Part shown: in pieces, positions 33,501 to 48,300 of the stretch
How positions within the stretch are numbered: position 1 is the first letter of the stretch
Layout: the number at the start of each line of letters is the position of its first letter
Assembly (NCBI GenBank): GCA_965112155.1
Contig: OZ218101.1
Source of the DNA: Podarcis liolepis
Taxonomy: Eukaryota
Direction: 5' to 3' (one strand)
DNA length: 64,000 nucleotides
The notes under the pieces: model-generated
Database searches by the model: none
Told to the model about the DNA's origin: nothing
What the model saw: only the letters and a program-made list of their open reading frames with translations
Program-made: the position numbers and the translations under genes

Positions 33501-36140
33501 ACATGAAAGAGAAATTATGGGTTAACCCAACTTTCACACAACTGTAAAAGTGAGTGTGGTGTCTATCTAGGCTTTATGCAAAGTGTTTCAGTACATTCTT
33601 GATCTAAGGTTGTCATCTCTCGGCTGTCTCCTTGCTTTGTATTCGTAGCTTTCTAAGGCTGTCTTTTTCCTCCCCTTGTGAGGCTATGGAGATCACAGCA
33701 CTCTTGTCAACATCTGTCTGCTGCCTTGCTTATCTGGTGATCAGGAGAGTACCTATGGAATATGAGATAAAAATAAGACATGTACTCTGTAAAGTGGGTC
33801 TATTTGAGCATTGTAGTAGTGTGGTTGTCAATGAAAAAAACAACACTTCTGTATAGTAGGGGCTGGTTAACATAACATCTCAGATCTTGTGCTGTCTATA
33901 CCAGTGCTAAGCTACCTGGACAGGCAAATAATGATGGCGTAGAGACATTACTCACCCAGGCCATGTTTGTGGGAAATTGATTATGGATCGTAAAAGAACC
34001 TCTATCAAGTAGATAGAGCCATGCTGTCACCATAACATTTGGATTGGGTCTGATATAGCCTAGAGGTAATAGAATAAAAATGTGATTTGTTCTTCCCAAC
34101 TTCAGACTTACCTATACAGGAAAATAGGGCTAGTGGAGCGGTACCAACTCTTTTTAAAGCCCACCCCAAAACCCCAGGGAAACAAATTCTTTGAAGGCTT
34201 CGTAGAATCAGGACTTCCAACCAAGTTAATTTATCACATTCAGCTAGAGATAAATCTGGATTTTGTTGGTGCAGATAACGCCACCCAGTTCCTCCAAATA
34301 GCTAACCAAGCCCCCAGGGCCTATTATCTAAAGCAAGCAATGGGGAAATACCAACTCCCAGTAGTGTCAATGGCACTACACACAAGACTATAAACAAATT
34401 CAAGAGGTATGGGGTGGGGAGCTAATGACATTTATGGTGAAGGCTAATTTATCATCACTATTTTTGAGTGCTGAATGGTATAGTTAGTATGGTGAAGCAC
34501 TGTTGAGATTGTGCAAGTAAGGTTGTGCTTGAGAAATTCATTTTTATCTTAACCTTATCACATACTTTGGCTATAAAAACAACAATTGAGAAGTGGCAAT
34601 AGTGTGGGGGAAAGATGTATCGCAGTTCAGAGGCTAATATCCATGTTCTGTCAACAGGTATGAAGTGTGTACTGCTATAGATTTTATCTTGATTATAAGG
34701 CAAGATTTTGGGTTTTTACTCCCTATGAATACCGATTTATCAAATCACTTGAGAAACAGGTTTCGATATAGACTGAAATGTAACATTACTTTATACGGAA
34801 CACAAATCAATGCTTAACAATAACCAAGACCCCATTAGGGACTGGGTCCTTCTCACATCACCACTTTATGCCACAATAGGCTGTACCACTATGGGATAGC
34901 AGAGATCCATAGAATATGACATAGGCATGTTTATTCAATTTGGACTGTTTTCATAACCTTCCAAATAGGAGTACTAAACATTTTTCTCATGCTCAATACA
35001 GTCATCATCCCAATTCTTAGAGAATTTATAAAAATATTTTACTCCGATAACCTGATAAGGTAAAAATAAGTGTTTTATAGCAAATTATGAACAGACTCAC
35101 TAGCTATGGGTAGAGCTGCTAAGTTGCAATCCAGAAATCCCCCTTGTACCATTAAATCTACCACTGAATTGGGACACTCACTGCTTCTTTTGCCCATTCC
35201 AGTTCCTTTGTTGCCCTCCCCGCCATCGCAACCCCACATATTTCAAGTAGGATTCCAGCATGCCACAGGGCTGGTGGATAAAACGACAAGTAGCAGCTGT
35301 GTCAGTGACAAAATCCAAAGGTACAGGGGGAATCTAGGGTTTCCACCGAACAACTAAATGAGAAATTAAGTTCATTTTAAATGCCATACATTCGTTACTG
35401 ACTCACACGTTTCCACTTTCTTTTATGTGTTTTGTTGCCCATTTCAGACTGGCAGGTTTTTTTTTTAAGGTGCAGAAGCATCTTTCAAATCTACATGGCT
35501 AACTTCATAAACAAATCCCAAACACTAGTCTGACATGCTTTACATTTACATTGTTAAACCACCTAGAGTAATCTTAAAATGACAGGACTAATTGCATAAC
35601 TCTCCAGGAGACTGAAGTACTTTCAAATTCTCCCACCAGGGCAATTTCATATGTCACAAAACTGCAGAAGAGATGATAGACAACAGCAACCATTGAGTAA
35701 GATGATGATTGTGTGATGGGTATATATTTAAACCCATGCTAATGTAAAGTTAACTCACCCGCGAGGCATCCATCATCTTTCCCCCAGGACTGCAGTCCCA
35801 TGACCCCCCCCCCCATTCCCTTATTAGGGGAATCTGGGATCAATTTTGTGAGTGAAAAAATTACCCTGAGAAAATAATGGGGTGATTATGTTTTTTTCCT
35901 CTCTCTCTTAAATTACTAGAATTTCAAAACCAAAACCAAAAACAACACATTTGAAAGAAGTTGCTGCACCTGTAAAGACACTCTTTAAGCCGACTATGAA
36001 ATACAAAAAGTGCACTCTTCTATATCTACATATAAAACATATTAGAAATAAAACTTGTGTAAAATGTTTGCTGTGCAAACTATAAAAAGTCAGTCAGTCT
36101 ATTGTTTCTCCTATATATTTAGGCCAGATTCTCTTGCTTC

Positions 36141-36352
36141 CTATTGCAGAGAATCACTGTTATCCAAGACCAGCCCACTGATGTTTGTGGTTGAGAGGTC
36201 TGCTCCGTCATCTTCAGTGCTGTCCACAGATTCATCCTCACTTTGCCCTGCCATCATGACTTGTTGAACAGCCAAAGTAGTACCATCAGACGAAAGAGAT
36301 TGCAGACTGTCTACATTCATGTTGACTGGGGCTGTAATTGTTACAACGGCTC
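36141..36352 (-). CDS. PKNOX1: PKNOX1 last coding exon
   Basis: AVVTITAPVNMNVDSLQSLSSDG...LDNSDSLQ*. Confidence 0.96.
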
Positions 36353-39300
36353 CTGAGAATGGGGAGGAAAAACAAGGGTCCCGTTGGAACAACAATTCAA
36401 TTCTTTTACAAAATCCACAGTTCTTACTCTGAAAAACCTATTAATGAAAGCCAAAGATCTAAAAATTAAAAGTGAATGAAAGTTGAATAAGCTATTTGAA
36501 ATATCTTTCTTCATACAAGTAATTTCCATACAAGAGATGTCAGTTTTAGTCTAGTGAGATTTCTGAGTTTTGAACATTTTGGAACACATTTCTCATTTAT
36601 CTTAATAAACAGTGGGTTTGTGCTTTTAAAATCGGGCTGCCAATGAAAAGCAATCCCAAAGCTGTTAACTTTTAAGGCTGCAATTCTATATACAATTACT
36701 TGAGGAAAAAGCCCCAGTGAACAAAGTGGAACTTGCTTCTGAATAAACATGTGTGAGGCTGAAAGTGTGTACCAGACACAGGAATGTTTAACCACATTGA
36801 GCCATTACAGACCTCTGTTTATATGAATGGTGCCGGTACATAGGAGGGAGAAATAATCCAATTTGGCACATGAATCATGTGATCCATGAAGAACTGCTGC
36901 TATGCTAAGGGCATGTTCCTAATTGCCTGATCAGTGCTGATGGAGGGAGCTACAACTGGGTAGAGGTGTCCCTCTACTTGGCTCTGGTGGGCTCCACTGG
37001 CTGCAGATGCCTATGCTGAAAGCACAGCTGACTGGGCAGTTACCTCCAGCAGTATTCCCACTGGTGGTAACTAGTGTAGACCTCCAAACAGGGTGCTCCA
37101 GGGCTGAAGCAGGGCTGGGGATGAATCTGATGGATCCTCAGCAGGCCAACTGCCAGAAAAGAGGCCCAATTCAGACCCACCCCCTGCTGCACCAGCCTGG
37201 AGCTGGCACGGCAGAAGAAGAAACTGGCCCCGAACTGTTCTGCCTTCAACAGTGTGAGCAGCAGCTGGGGGTTAGAATTCTCTGAAATCCACTTACGTCA
37301 AGGGATTATTTTTACTAGAGAGATTGCACCCCTTTTATTCATACAAACTGTTTGCGAAATTGTCTGACAGGCTCAGGAGAGTCTCTAAAACATCCAGTTT
37401 GCAAAGAGTAAATAAAGTAGCTGAGGAATCTGCTCACCATCTGACATTGTAAGTTCATTTGATTGATGCTGAGCTACTCCTGATGCAATGGAGTCTGGCC
37501 AGAACCTTTGAACTGGTCGGTTTTGCGCTGTTTTCTTCTTTGTTTTTGGAGTTTCAGAACAGCTGGAGTCCAACATTGGCTGAAGAATTCGTCTTCTAGC
37601 ATTGATAAACCTAAAATGACCAAAAATGAATCTTATGAAGACATCCGTAAAATCAGACTCTCTATACCCAAGCCCAGTGCTAAGCAGGATCACACACACA
37701 CTTGGCTGATACAAAGGGAGTATGATTCTGCTGCCTTTGGGTGTGGTAGAGAGTTCCCTGCAGGGAGCTTTCTGGCATACTGAAATTCAGTGCTTAGCAG
37801 AATCGCCTGCCTCCACACAACATTAGTCAAAGTGAAGGGAGGGTGATTCTGCTTGGTCCAGGTGCTCCTGTCCTGTCAAAGGAGAGGAGTGGGGAAACAA
37901 TCACTTTGCCAGCCCTTTGTTCAGATCTTCCCAAAGCACAGAACGTGAGCCTGATAAAGTGGTACCAAAATGCAAATCCTGCACAAGGTATTCTCACAGC
38001 TGGGCAGGACAACACACCTGTCAATCATGTGGCATACTCACTTGTCAAGGATGATTCCAGTAAGGATCTGGCCCATGACCACCTCTGCCCTACATCAATC
38101 CCGTCCAGTTTTAGCTTTACATAGCAGCCCAAAGGAAAATGCTGTATATTTCTATGTGACTTTTCAACATAGGTGAATTTTGTAACACAAAAAAGTGGCA
38201 TATTCGTTGTATCTTACCAGTTGTTAACCTGAAGTAATGTTAGATTGGTTTGTGCTGCTATCTGTTTTTTCTCATCCTCTGTTGGATATGGATGCTACAG
38301 ACAGGAAGGGGGATGGAAAAGTTATAAGAACTTGCTAAAGATAGGCAATAAGCACAATACAAAAATCTGCAACCATAAAGCAAAAGGAATACAATTTAGT
38401 GTGGGATTAATTCTATGCTAATTAGATAATTTCTGACCAGAGAAACTAATTTTTGACAACACACGTCAGAATGATTTCATATGTGTAGATTGAAATTTTC
38501 ATTGTTTTATGTAATATGTTGATTTTATGACACCGATTACAGATAATTATTTATTACTCTAATAATGAAAGGAACATTATTATTTAGACTCCTACTTCTG
38601 TGAACTTAAAATACTCACTGCTATTACAAAAACCAACACATTCTCATCCCTAGTACTCCAATTTCTATAGTCTCTGGCACTAGTTCCCAGAAAAAAATTA
38701 TTCACAGGTAAGGAATTGAAAAAGACTGCAAGGGAAAGGAAATCTACAATAACTTCAAGGATTCTGTCACCTGCAGGGATCTCCATACTCTTTTTCCTCT
38801 GTACTTTTAAAAAAACCCTTTAGTCTCAATTTTTGTTGCTATATTAACTTTTATGAAATCATAAAATGAAGTAGCCAGTTTCCCCCAGATGTAATGAATG
38901 TATTTTTTTCCAGAATTCTCACAGAAAATTTAAATTCCCTATCTTTTCAGCATAATAGCTGGCAGACCAATCTTTGCTGATATCCCTGATCGATTGACAG
39001 TTACTGGCCCAGTTTAGGCACAGCTGATAAGACAATTAGTAATTGGGTGAAATATAAACTGATATTATTAAAATGCTTAGCACAGTAACAGAAGAAGTAG
39101 ATAGTAAACTGTCAAGCATTTATTATTTAAATGGGTGCAATAAAAAAATTCCCTCCCAGGAAAAAAAGAAGGCAAGTGCTAGCTTCAGAACATCTTTAAC
39201 TTAACTCTATGCAATTCTAATATCCAGTGAAGTCATGAAACCTAAAAGAAAGCCAGAAAGGACTTCAACATCAACCTTCAAATGATAACCAGGGTGACCA

Positions 39301-42300
39301 CTACATTATTTTTTAAAAAGAATTAACAATATAACTTTATCCTTAAATGTCCATGTGGGGGAGGGGATTATTCTCCCAGCTGTCCTTGCTAGATGGCATG
39401 ATCCTTGGGGAACACAACATGTGATAAAGCTGGATTTATCACATTGTGTCATATGGTAGGGATAAAATACCGTGTGGAGTTAAATAAAAGCATTACCAGT
39501 TAAAAATCTACAAGAGAAACATAGCTATTTCTAGTACTATCTATAATGTACTTAGTATAGTAATTCTAGTAATTTATCAGGAACTGTTAAGAATTAATAC
39601 AAACCCATTTTTGTCTCCTTGTAGTTTCATAAGATGTTATGCAGTACAGTTCAAAAGGGAATAAGGTAAAGGGACCCCTGACCATTAAGTCCAGTCGTGG
39701 CTGACTCTGGGGTTGCGGTGCTCATCTTGCTTTATTGGCCGAGGGAGCCGGCGTACAGCTTCTGGGTCATGTGGCCAGCATGACTAAGCCGCTTCTGGCG
39801 AACCAGAACATCACACAGAAACGCCGTTTACCTTCCTGCCAGAGTGGTACCTATTTATCTACTTGCACTTTGACGTACTTTCGAACTGCTAGGTTGGCAG
39901 GAGCAGGGACCAAGCAACAGCTCACCCTGTTGCAGGGATTCAAACCGCCAACCTTCTGATCGGCAAGTCCTAGGCTCTGTGGTTTAACCCACAGCGCCAC
40001 CCGTGTCATTCAAAAGGGAATACTGGATCACATATTACATTTAGCCATGCAGAAAGTTCAAGTTATTTTAATACCTTTGGATGAAGTCACCAGCACTGGT
40101 AGCTTGTTACATATATTGCTCTATTTGCTAGAGCTGAAAATACTGCTGCCCAAACAGTACAATTTGAGGGGGCTGAGTATAATAAATTTGATCACGAGTA
40201 CATGGACTGTGGAGCATTCCTCTTGAGCGTTCCTCCCCCACCTCCAAAGGGACTGATTTCTTTACAAAAGTACATATAACATGTGAATTAAGAAGAAAAC
40301 CTGTAAAAACTTTTGTCTGACCTTTCAGATCATAACGTAACTTACTATGCATGTAGGTATTACAGGAAACATGTGTGACCCTAAGCTAACAAGGCCCCTT
40401 TTGAGAGTGTGGAGTGCATTTAGTACGGCAATCTGCACAAAGAAACATGCTACTGCATTCTAGCCCCCTAGGAACTGGTTCAGATTAACAGAGATATAAA
40501 TATATCCCTCAAAGGACTACTGTTCAAGGGAGCACAGGATTAAAAAAAATCCTCAGCATGATGTAATAAAACCAAAAATATCTCTAAAATTTAAGATCAC
40601 AAGGTTATATAATAGACATCCACTGAATTTGTGCCTGATTCAACTCTAATATACCAAGTTAATATATTCTGAGTAGGTAGTTAAAAGCTTCAGATTTTGC
40701 CAAAATATTTTCCCCTCATGCAGATACCAGCAGAAATTATCAGAATAGTAGTGATTCCCAAATCACTGTGATCAACCTTACCCCTATGTGCTGAAAAAGC
40801 CAAGACCTCATCACATTTGTAGCATGCTTTGGAAGAACTCCTCTTTTATTTTTTGATGACCCGTCATCTTGATGCAAGATGCTTAAATCTTGGTTTAATT
40901 GTAACTGGAGCTGCACAGAGATTCAGAAGTAGTAGGCAGTTACTAACACACCATAATATTACCATGTTTTTTTAAATATTTCACTAAAAAATGCTTATAA
41001 TATAAAACAAACCTGTGAATTCTGGATCCTGATGGTTCCAGGTGACAAAGCTTGTGTCACTACTTGACCTTGAGGTGTGACCACAGTCACTGGCTGATAC
41101 ACCGTACCACCTTAAAAGAATATTATAGCAATATTACACTACAGCAAACATTTTCATATAGATGTCATTAAACAAAGAAAACAATAAACTATTTACACAA
41201 CACACAAAACGTACTTTAAAACTTCGCTATAATTTTACATAAGCTTGTTGTATTTTTTTTTAAAAGAAGAATAGACAATTGCATCTGATTCACCTTTCCA
41301 TACAGCCATTATTGTGAAGATGCTAGGCCAGCTGGTTGCATAATAATTTGTATTTGAATAATATAAAATAATAATGTTTTCATCAGCAGCCATTACTATT
41401 ATTATTTATTAAATTTGCATACTGCCCTTCATCCAAAGATCCCAGGGCTATTCACAACAGAAAAATAAAAAATGAGGATACAAAAAACTTAATAAAACAA
41501 ACATTCCACATGGCTACTTCAATAGGAGAGCTATAAACATGCCCCATTTCATTGGCTTGGCTCCCTCCCTCCCATAACTGTCTGCTTCAGTCAACCTGGT
41601 CATTTTATCAGTTATTTTGTATGCATTTGTACTGAATGTTCTCATTTTCCTCATCCTTCCCCATCCTTCCCCCCCCCCCCAATTTTTATACCATGCCAAC
41701 CTGCTTATATGCCATTATTTTAAATTGTAAATGACCTTGACTGCACAGGCAGAAAGGCGGCATATAAACATAGTAATCAAAAAATCATCTCAAGAATTCC
41801 TTTTCTTAGTCACTTAACAGACACAAACTACATCTACGATGAGTGCAGTGTTTGCATTTTTATTCAGTGCTTCCTACCTGCAACGGTTGCCATAGTTACA
41901 TTTCCCTGCTGCAAGGCTGATGCAGGTACCATAATCCCCTGGGGACTGAGCGTACCTGTGATGGCACTTTGAATTGGCTAGGAAGAGTAAACAACAAAAA
42001 TTACATGAACTTATAACAATGGGTGCTCCTGTCACTTTAAGTTGAAATGGTACTGTACCAAATATGAGATGTTCAAAACATAAACCCGATGAGGATAATG
42101 ATCTTGTCATCACTACCAACCAGTATGATCAAAAAGAGTGATGAAACTAGTATGAGAAGGAAATTCAATGAAAGGAGGTGGTAAATAACCTAGATATTTC
42201 AGTTTGACAGTATGTTGCATTTATATTTGGTTTTCCAAGTGTGGGTTTTCTTCTCCACATTGAACCACCTATCAGAATATAGAACAGATATGCAAATTCT

Positions 42301-45300
42301 GGATCAGAAGTAACCCAGCTGACAGTGCTTATCCCGTTTAATATTAGGCTAGTCACATGCTACTGTAATCAAAGTGCTTGTAAAAGAGACAATTGATAAA
42401 TTTTAGTCAATGCACTACATACTTAGGAATTGTTATTCTACAATAATTTAGAATATCCCAACATTTCTTTTAAAAAAAGGTTATGCAAATATGCTTATGG
42501 CTGCAACCCTATTACCTGGAAGTACGTCTTACTGAACTCATTGGGACTTCAGAATAGACTTGTTTAGAATTGTGTTATAAGTAAAAAAATATGGCAATCA
42601 CATGTACAGTCAGAATATATATAACACTGTATTGTTGGGGATGAAATTCTAGCCCTTCTAAAGTTGATGCTAGAAAAATGCATGAATCCTCACAATTAAA
42701 CATGGTCAATAGTTCATTGTTTTCCACAGGAAATGTAAAGTTTCAAGCACTTAAAATTTGAACTTTTTGGATCTTTTGCCAACTTAAAATTTATCTGATT
42801 TATTGAGGTATCAGCCAAATCTACAGGTAAGTCTAGATGACAATGCAATTTACAATTAGTACATTGACATGGGGCTGGCATGATGGATGTAATGAAACAC
42901 AATGAAGAAGTTCAAAAACATACACCAGTATCTCAATACTAATCGTGATAAACTTAATTTATGCCATGGAACTTGTGAGCAGATGTTGTCTGACTGGCTT
43001 CTAGGAGAGCTCTCATGGTATGAATGGTGAATGTAGCCATATGCTAAAGTTTTGAGAGGTGTGCTCTGGAATTATAGCAATTCTGATGGCATTTTGACTT
43101 ATGTTCAAGGAAAAGATAGGGAATGAGCAAGATACGAAATTATCTACCAACTTCTGTTCCTCCAGTTACTAGCAATTCAATTTCGAAAAATATAATACTT
43201 CTGTGTAGCAGTTGATTTTTTACACTTTCCAATAAATTAAACAAAACAGAGTGCCTGCATGGACACATTTTTTATTATAGGTGTTATGTATAGGAGGGCC
43301 CATAGCTCGCTGGTAGAGCAAATATGTTCCAAATGGTTCCAGGCTTAAAGTCTGGTATCTCCATGAAAGGATATAAAGTATCAGGTACCTGAGGCCTTAT
43401 AACAGACTCTGCCAAACAGAGCAAACAATTCTGAGTCCAAGAGATCTGAATTCGTATAACACAGCTTTTGGGCCCTTATGTGCATGGAATGCAGGCTGTG
43501 GGATGTGAGGAGCTTTATTTTGTGTCCTGAAGCCTTGTGTATGTGATGAGAGAGCAATCACAGAACCCTATTTCTACATACAAATCACCACTTGCTGGGA
43601 TGGGGCCATTATCTACAATGAGATGAACAAAGCCAACCCCCAAATTAGGCTAAGGAGGTAGTGCCAAAGAGGTGCAATGATAATCGTGTCATTTTTGCTC
43701 TACTGCTCACATTTTCTGGTGACTCTTTCCATGAAGACAGCTGCTCCAGCAAATCCAAGCTATCTCTATCATGTTTAAAGTTGCTGGACTGCAGACAAAG
43801 AGTTGATAGATTATGATCATTCTTTAAGAATTACATTTCCATGTACGTGACTACTAAGAAAAAGGGAGATCTTATAATCTTAACAATATCACAAAACCTT
43901 AAAAACTGCTAGCTTGCCAGTCACAGATCATCTATTTGTAAATTGCATGGTTTACAAATTCAACCAATATTAACATAGCAATTTATATTTTATCTGCTCT
44001 TTGTTTGTTTTAAAAACTAATCTTACCTATCCTGAGTCTTTGGGATAATGTAGATTATAAATCAAATAAAGAAAATATATTTCAGTTAGCATGAAAGGTA
44101 CCTGGGGTTGTACAGGTGAATAAGGACTCCCAGATTCTCCACTTAGCAGAGTTTCACTGTTCATTTTCGTTTTCAGACAGGCAATATAGCGACTACAGAA
44201 ATCCTTACAGAGCTCATTAACTTTTTCTAGCTCAAGCAGATGAATTCGTAGAACCTGAATTGCCTTTACCATCTAAAAGAGGGAAAAGAGAAAGAATTCA
44301 GAGACAAGTAAAAAACCAATAAAAACAAACATTTGCATATGTCATTTACAGTGTGCTAAGTTGTTCAATATATGTTTGAGCTACTTTTTTGCTTATTTTC
44401 AACAGGGCGATTTATAATTATTGTTGCTTTCTCCTACCCAGATATTGTCTCAATGTAGGAAACTATGTACACTGTTAATTGCTTGCACAAAACTGGGGAC
44501 TGCCCACAGCATGTATAGGCTATATAAATGCATTTTTCTACACAGATCTGATTTGTGCAGATTATCATGTATGATGCAGCCCTCCTATTTAGCCCACCTT
44601 TTCCATTTTTCTTCTTGAACAAGTTTCAAATGAACAACATGCAGAGATTTTCACATACCCAACTTCCTTATGATAAGTAGTTGAGCTGATCAGAAATAGC
44701 AATATGCATTATCTTCAAGTGTCAACTCAAGTACAATCAGATGTGCATTTGGCACAAAGCCAACCACTCAATTTATTTTACTTGTTAAGAAAATGCAGCC
44801 TCGGAGTGGCTTACACTTACGGAATAAAAATACAATAATTAAAACATAAAATTACAAGATGATGCAATCTACAATCAGTGGCAGACGAAAAAGTGGGAAA
44901 TAATCAGGAGTAATCAACACTAAAAGCAGAAAAGGCATAAAAGAATAAAAGCTCTGAGTAAAAAGGAATCACAAAGAGCACAATGAAAATCCACTTGCAC
45001 AACAGGATTTCTGGTTTCTCATCTTTATCCACTGCAGCTGCCCACGTGCCCCAAGAATCTTGAGCGGATTTTGAGGCTGTGTGGAAGGATAGAGGAAAGT
45101 AGAAGCCAGGGGCGTAGCTAGCTGCTCCGGCACTCGGAGCGGCGGGAGCGAGACGATCCACCCAGGGGCGCTGAGCGGCGATCTGCCCAGGGGGGAGGCA
45201 CAGTGAGCTGCCCACGGAGTCTGCCTGGCGGGCGCAAGTCCCACGCTGCCATTTCAGGCAGCGCGCAGCCCAGAGCCACCACGTCACTTCCAGGAGAGAC

Positions 45301-48300
45301 GCGTGGCCTGGGCGCACTGCAGGCCAGGCCCTGTGGTAAGTGCCCCCCCGTGGTGTGCCATTTTATCACCCCCTCAGGGATGACACCCAGGGTGGTTCGC
45401 ACCCTCCCCCGCACCCCCACTTCCTACGCCCCTGGTAGAAGCCATAGTCCACAAATGGATGTTCACACAAAGGAGAGAGTTCAATAAGCAGACTGCATCT
45501 CTGAATGGGTTCTTTGCCTGGTCACTACCTGCCCCATATCAGAAGGCAGTGGCACCAGGAGGAGAGCCTCTGGAGATAAGCTCAATATTCAGGCAGCACC
45601 TCAATTGCCAGAATCAGCAAGCACAAAATATCATGAAGTTTCCACTTAAGGAACTACATGCACAGCAAAGAGCCAATCAGGGTTCTTTCAAGCAACCATA
45701 TTAAATCAAATGGTTTGTTGAGATGTAAACCACAAATCCCAGCTGGGTGGATGGGGAGAGAGGAGGAGAATGGAAAGAATTGAGGAAGTAGTGGAGGAGG
45801 ACAGCAAATTAAATGCAAACAACCAAAACCCTACAAATAAGAACATCTGACTCACTGGAAAACATATTGATATGTCAAAAGAGTCTCATGAAGCAGACAG
45901 ATTAACTACAAACAAACAACTATCTAAAAAAAGAAGCTAGCCAAGTTGATAATTTGCTATGTGATGGAGGAGCTTCTGTCAGTAATACTGACAGGGAATG
46001 TCTGCTGCTACCAAGGGCTGTAAATTTCAACTTCTTTAAGTTGACATTTCACAATTCAGTTTTCTCAGTATCAATTTACTTTTTTCAAATATAAAGATTT
46101 TATAAATAAATTGAAATCTTATCTAAAATGTTTTTACTTACTAGATTATCTGTTTCCGGATCTTCACAAAAAAATGGTTTTCCTTCCTTCTCCTGCTTCC
46201 TAACAAAGTTTTCAATATCTACATCAAAACTTGCAGACGTTGTGCCTTCTGAGCCTTGTGTGGATTGTTCACATTTTTCAAATAATAGTGCTAATAAGGG
46301 GAACAGTGGATGTCTAGGAATAAAAAGACAAGCAAATTGTAGGTTTGTGGAAATATCTATGTGCAAGTTAGTTTGATGAAAAATTCTGAGCAATCTGGAC
46401 ATTGCATACATACAATCCTATTATTTTAGATTATTACATTAGTATTACATTTAATGTAATAAAGTTACATTAGCAATTACTATGCTAGGATCAGAACTGA
46501 ATATACTGTGATCTCCCTTATTTGCTCTTCTTTTTAGCATGGATCAAATACTGCTAATTATAGAATCATTTAAATATCAATGTCATCCCACAGTTTGATG
46601 TAAATGATACTGATGGGTAGCTTGTACTATTGGGTCTCACTTACATTTTTATTAAGCTTTGCTCAAATAAAGACCCTAAAAAGCCTGAAATTTAATACAA
46701 TTGTATTAAAATAAAAAATAATCTAGTAGGGATGCCATTCTTTATTTTCTTAGATTGTAACGATGTAGCTCTAACAGAAAGCAAGTTTAGACAAATATAT
46801 GTAACTAAATACAAAGACAATAAAAAGCTTTGCCCTGAGACACAGGTCACAATCCTGAACACTTAAGTATGTTCAACGCCAACAGAAGTTAGCAGAACTT
46901 ACTGCACAAGCCTTCTGCACAAGCCTTCTGTCCTCAATAGGGCTTAGTCTCTTGTAAATGTATAGATTTCAGTCTTAAGCATGAAAACATGTATTAACCA
47001 TCTCACAGTAATTAGAAAACCCCAAATGTATGAACTTCTTGACAAATTACAATACACTGGCTGATTTAAGCTTAGGCCTCCTCTTCTAAACTTATTCTAC
47101 TTTCTGAGTCCTCCAACCTATCACCAACCTCCCCAGCTGCACTGATATGTGGAACAAACTTTGGTCTAGGCACTAATTCAATACTGGTATTAGGAAGGGA
47201 AAACTGAACAAGTTATATTTGACACCTCCTAAAACCACAAATAGGAAAACAGCATTAGTTCAAAGTAGCACCTTTTCCCAAGTCAATGAATGGGGGAGCA
47301 GTTGCCCCTACAAATCTAATGAGGATATTCTAGAGAACCCCACTCCCACCCATGGCTTGGCTGGTGAGGGGGGAAAGATGCATCAGCCTCAAGATCTTAT
47401 CATGTCTAGAACAGTGTGTGCCCCCTTCCACATGTTCCATGTCTCCTGCACACACAAGCACCACCCCATGATTTGAGAACCACCCATGACCTACTAAAGA
47501 GAATGATACATTTTACTGCATAAACAGCTCATCTTGTGAATACTGCTACCTGTAAATAGCCTGCTTATCTGCATCCATCGGAGTCTGGGACTCTACCGGG
47601 GAAGGACTCAATCCTCCTGCATCTGCTTCCAAGCAGTTTGGATCCTGCTCAGTTTTTAATTCTGTTACTACTTGCATCTGCTGGAAAAGAAAGATGCTTT
47701 ATATTGCCAACAGCATAGATTCACAACTAAATGGTTCATTTTCTAAGCAAAGAGAAAGCCAAAGGCCTAGTAAGTTGCCAGAAGGTTGGTATGACTTGGC
47801 AACCACACAAAAAGAACAAGCATTTAACAAACAACTCATTTAATCCTTGCAACATTTGGAGGCAGGAAGATAGTGGAAAGGTCACTACAAGTTTGACTCC
47901 CATTAGTAGGTTTCTTTTAGTCAATTGTCTGTTACAGAATCCTGCGTTTCATAAGCCAGCTATTTTTGGATAAAGCTACACATACACTGCTTCAACAAAA
48001 ATCACTTTAAGAAAGCAGACCTTGAAAACATCTGCAATAGGCAAAGTGTCATTTGCAAACAGAAATTATCGTTAGAAATAATTCTGTATGCTACACATTT
48101 ACTTGAAAACTCAATAGAGCTCATTTCTAATTAAGAATGTTTAAAATTTCAGGCTTTATTTTGGGCACTGGAGTGCATATAATTCTTCAGAGATATTGCA
48201 AAGGAGGGACCATTTCACAATTATTGTATGAAAAGCTTATAGCTTTATTTTTAGGTGCTTCAATATTAAAAATTAAATGTTTCACTGTTTGTTCTGTACT

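Noticed and set aside
43296-43365. tRNA-like sequence (GGGCCCATAGCTCGCTGGTAGAGC...), similar at ~49250
   Set aside because: Only an A-box-like part is recognisable and no cloverleaf forms; decayed tRNA-derived SINE heads
44904-45487. Cluster of 91-137-aa ORFs
   Set aside because: They lie over the GC-rich hAT MITE
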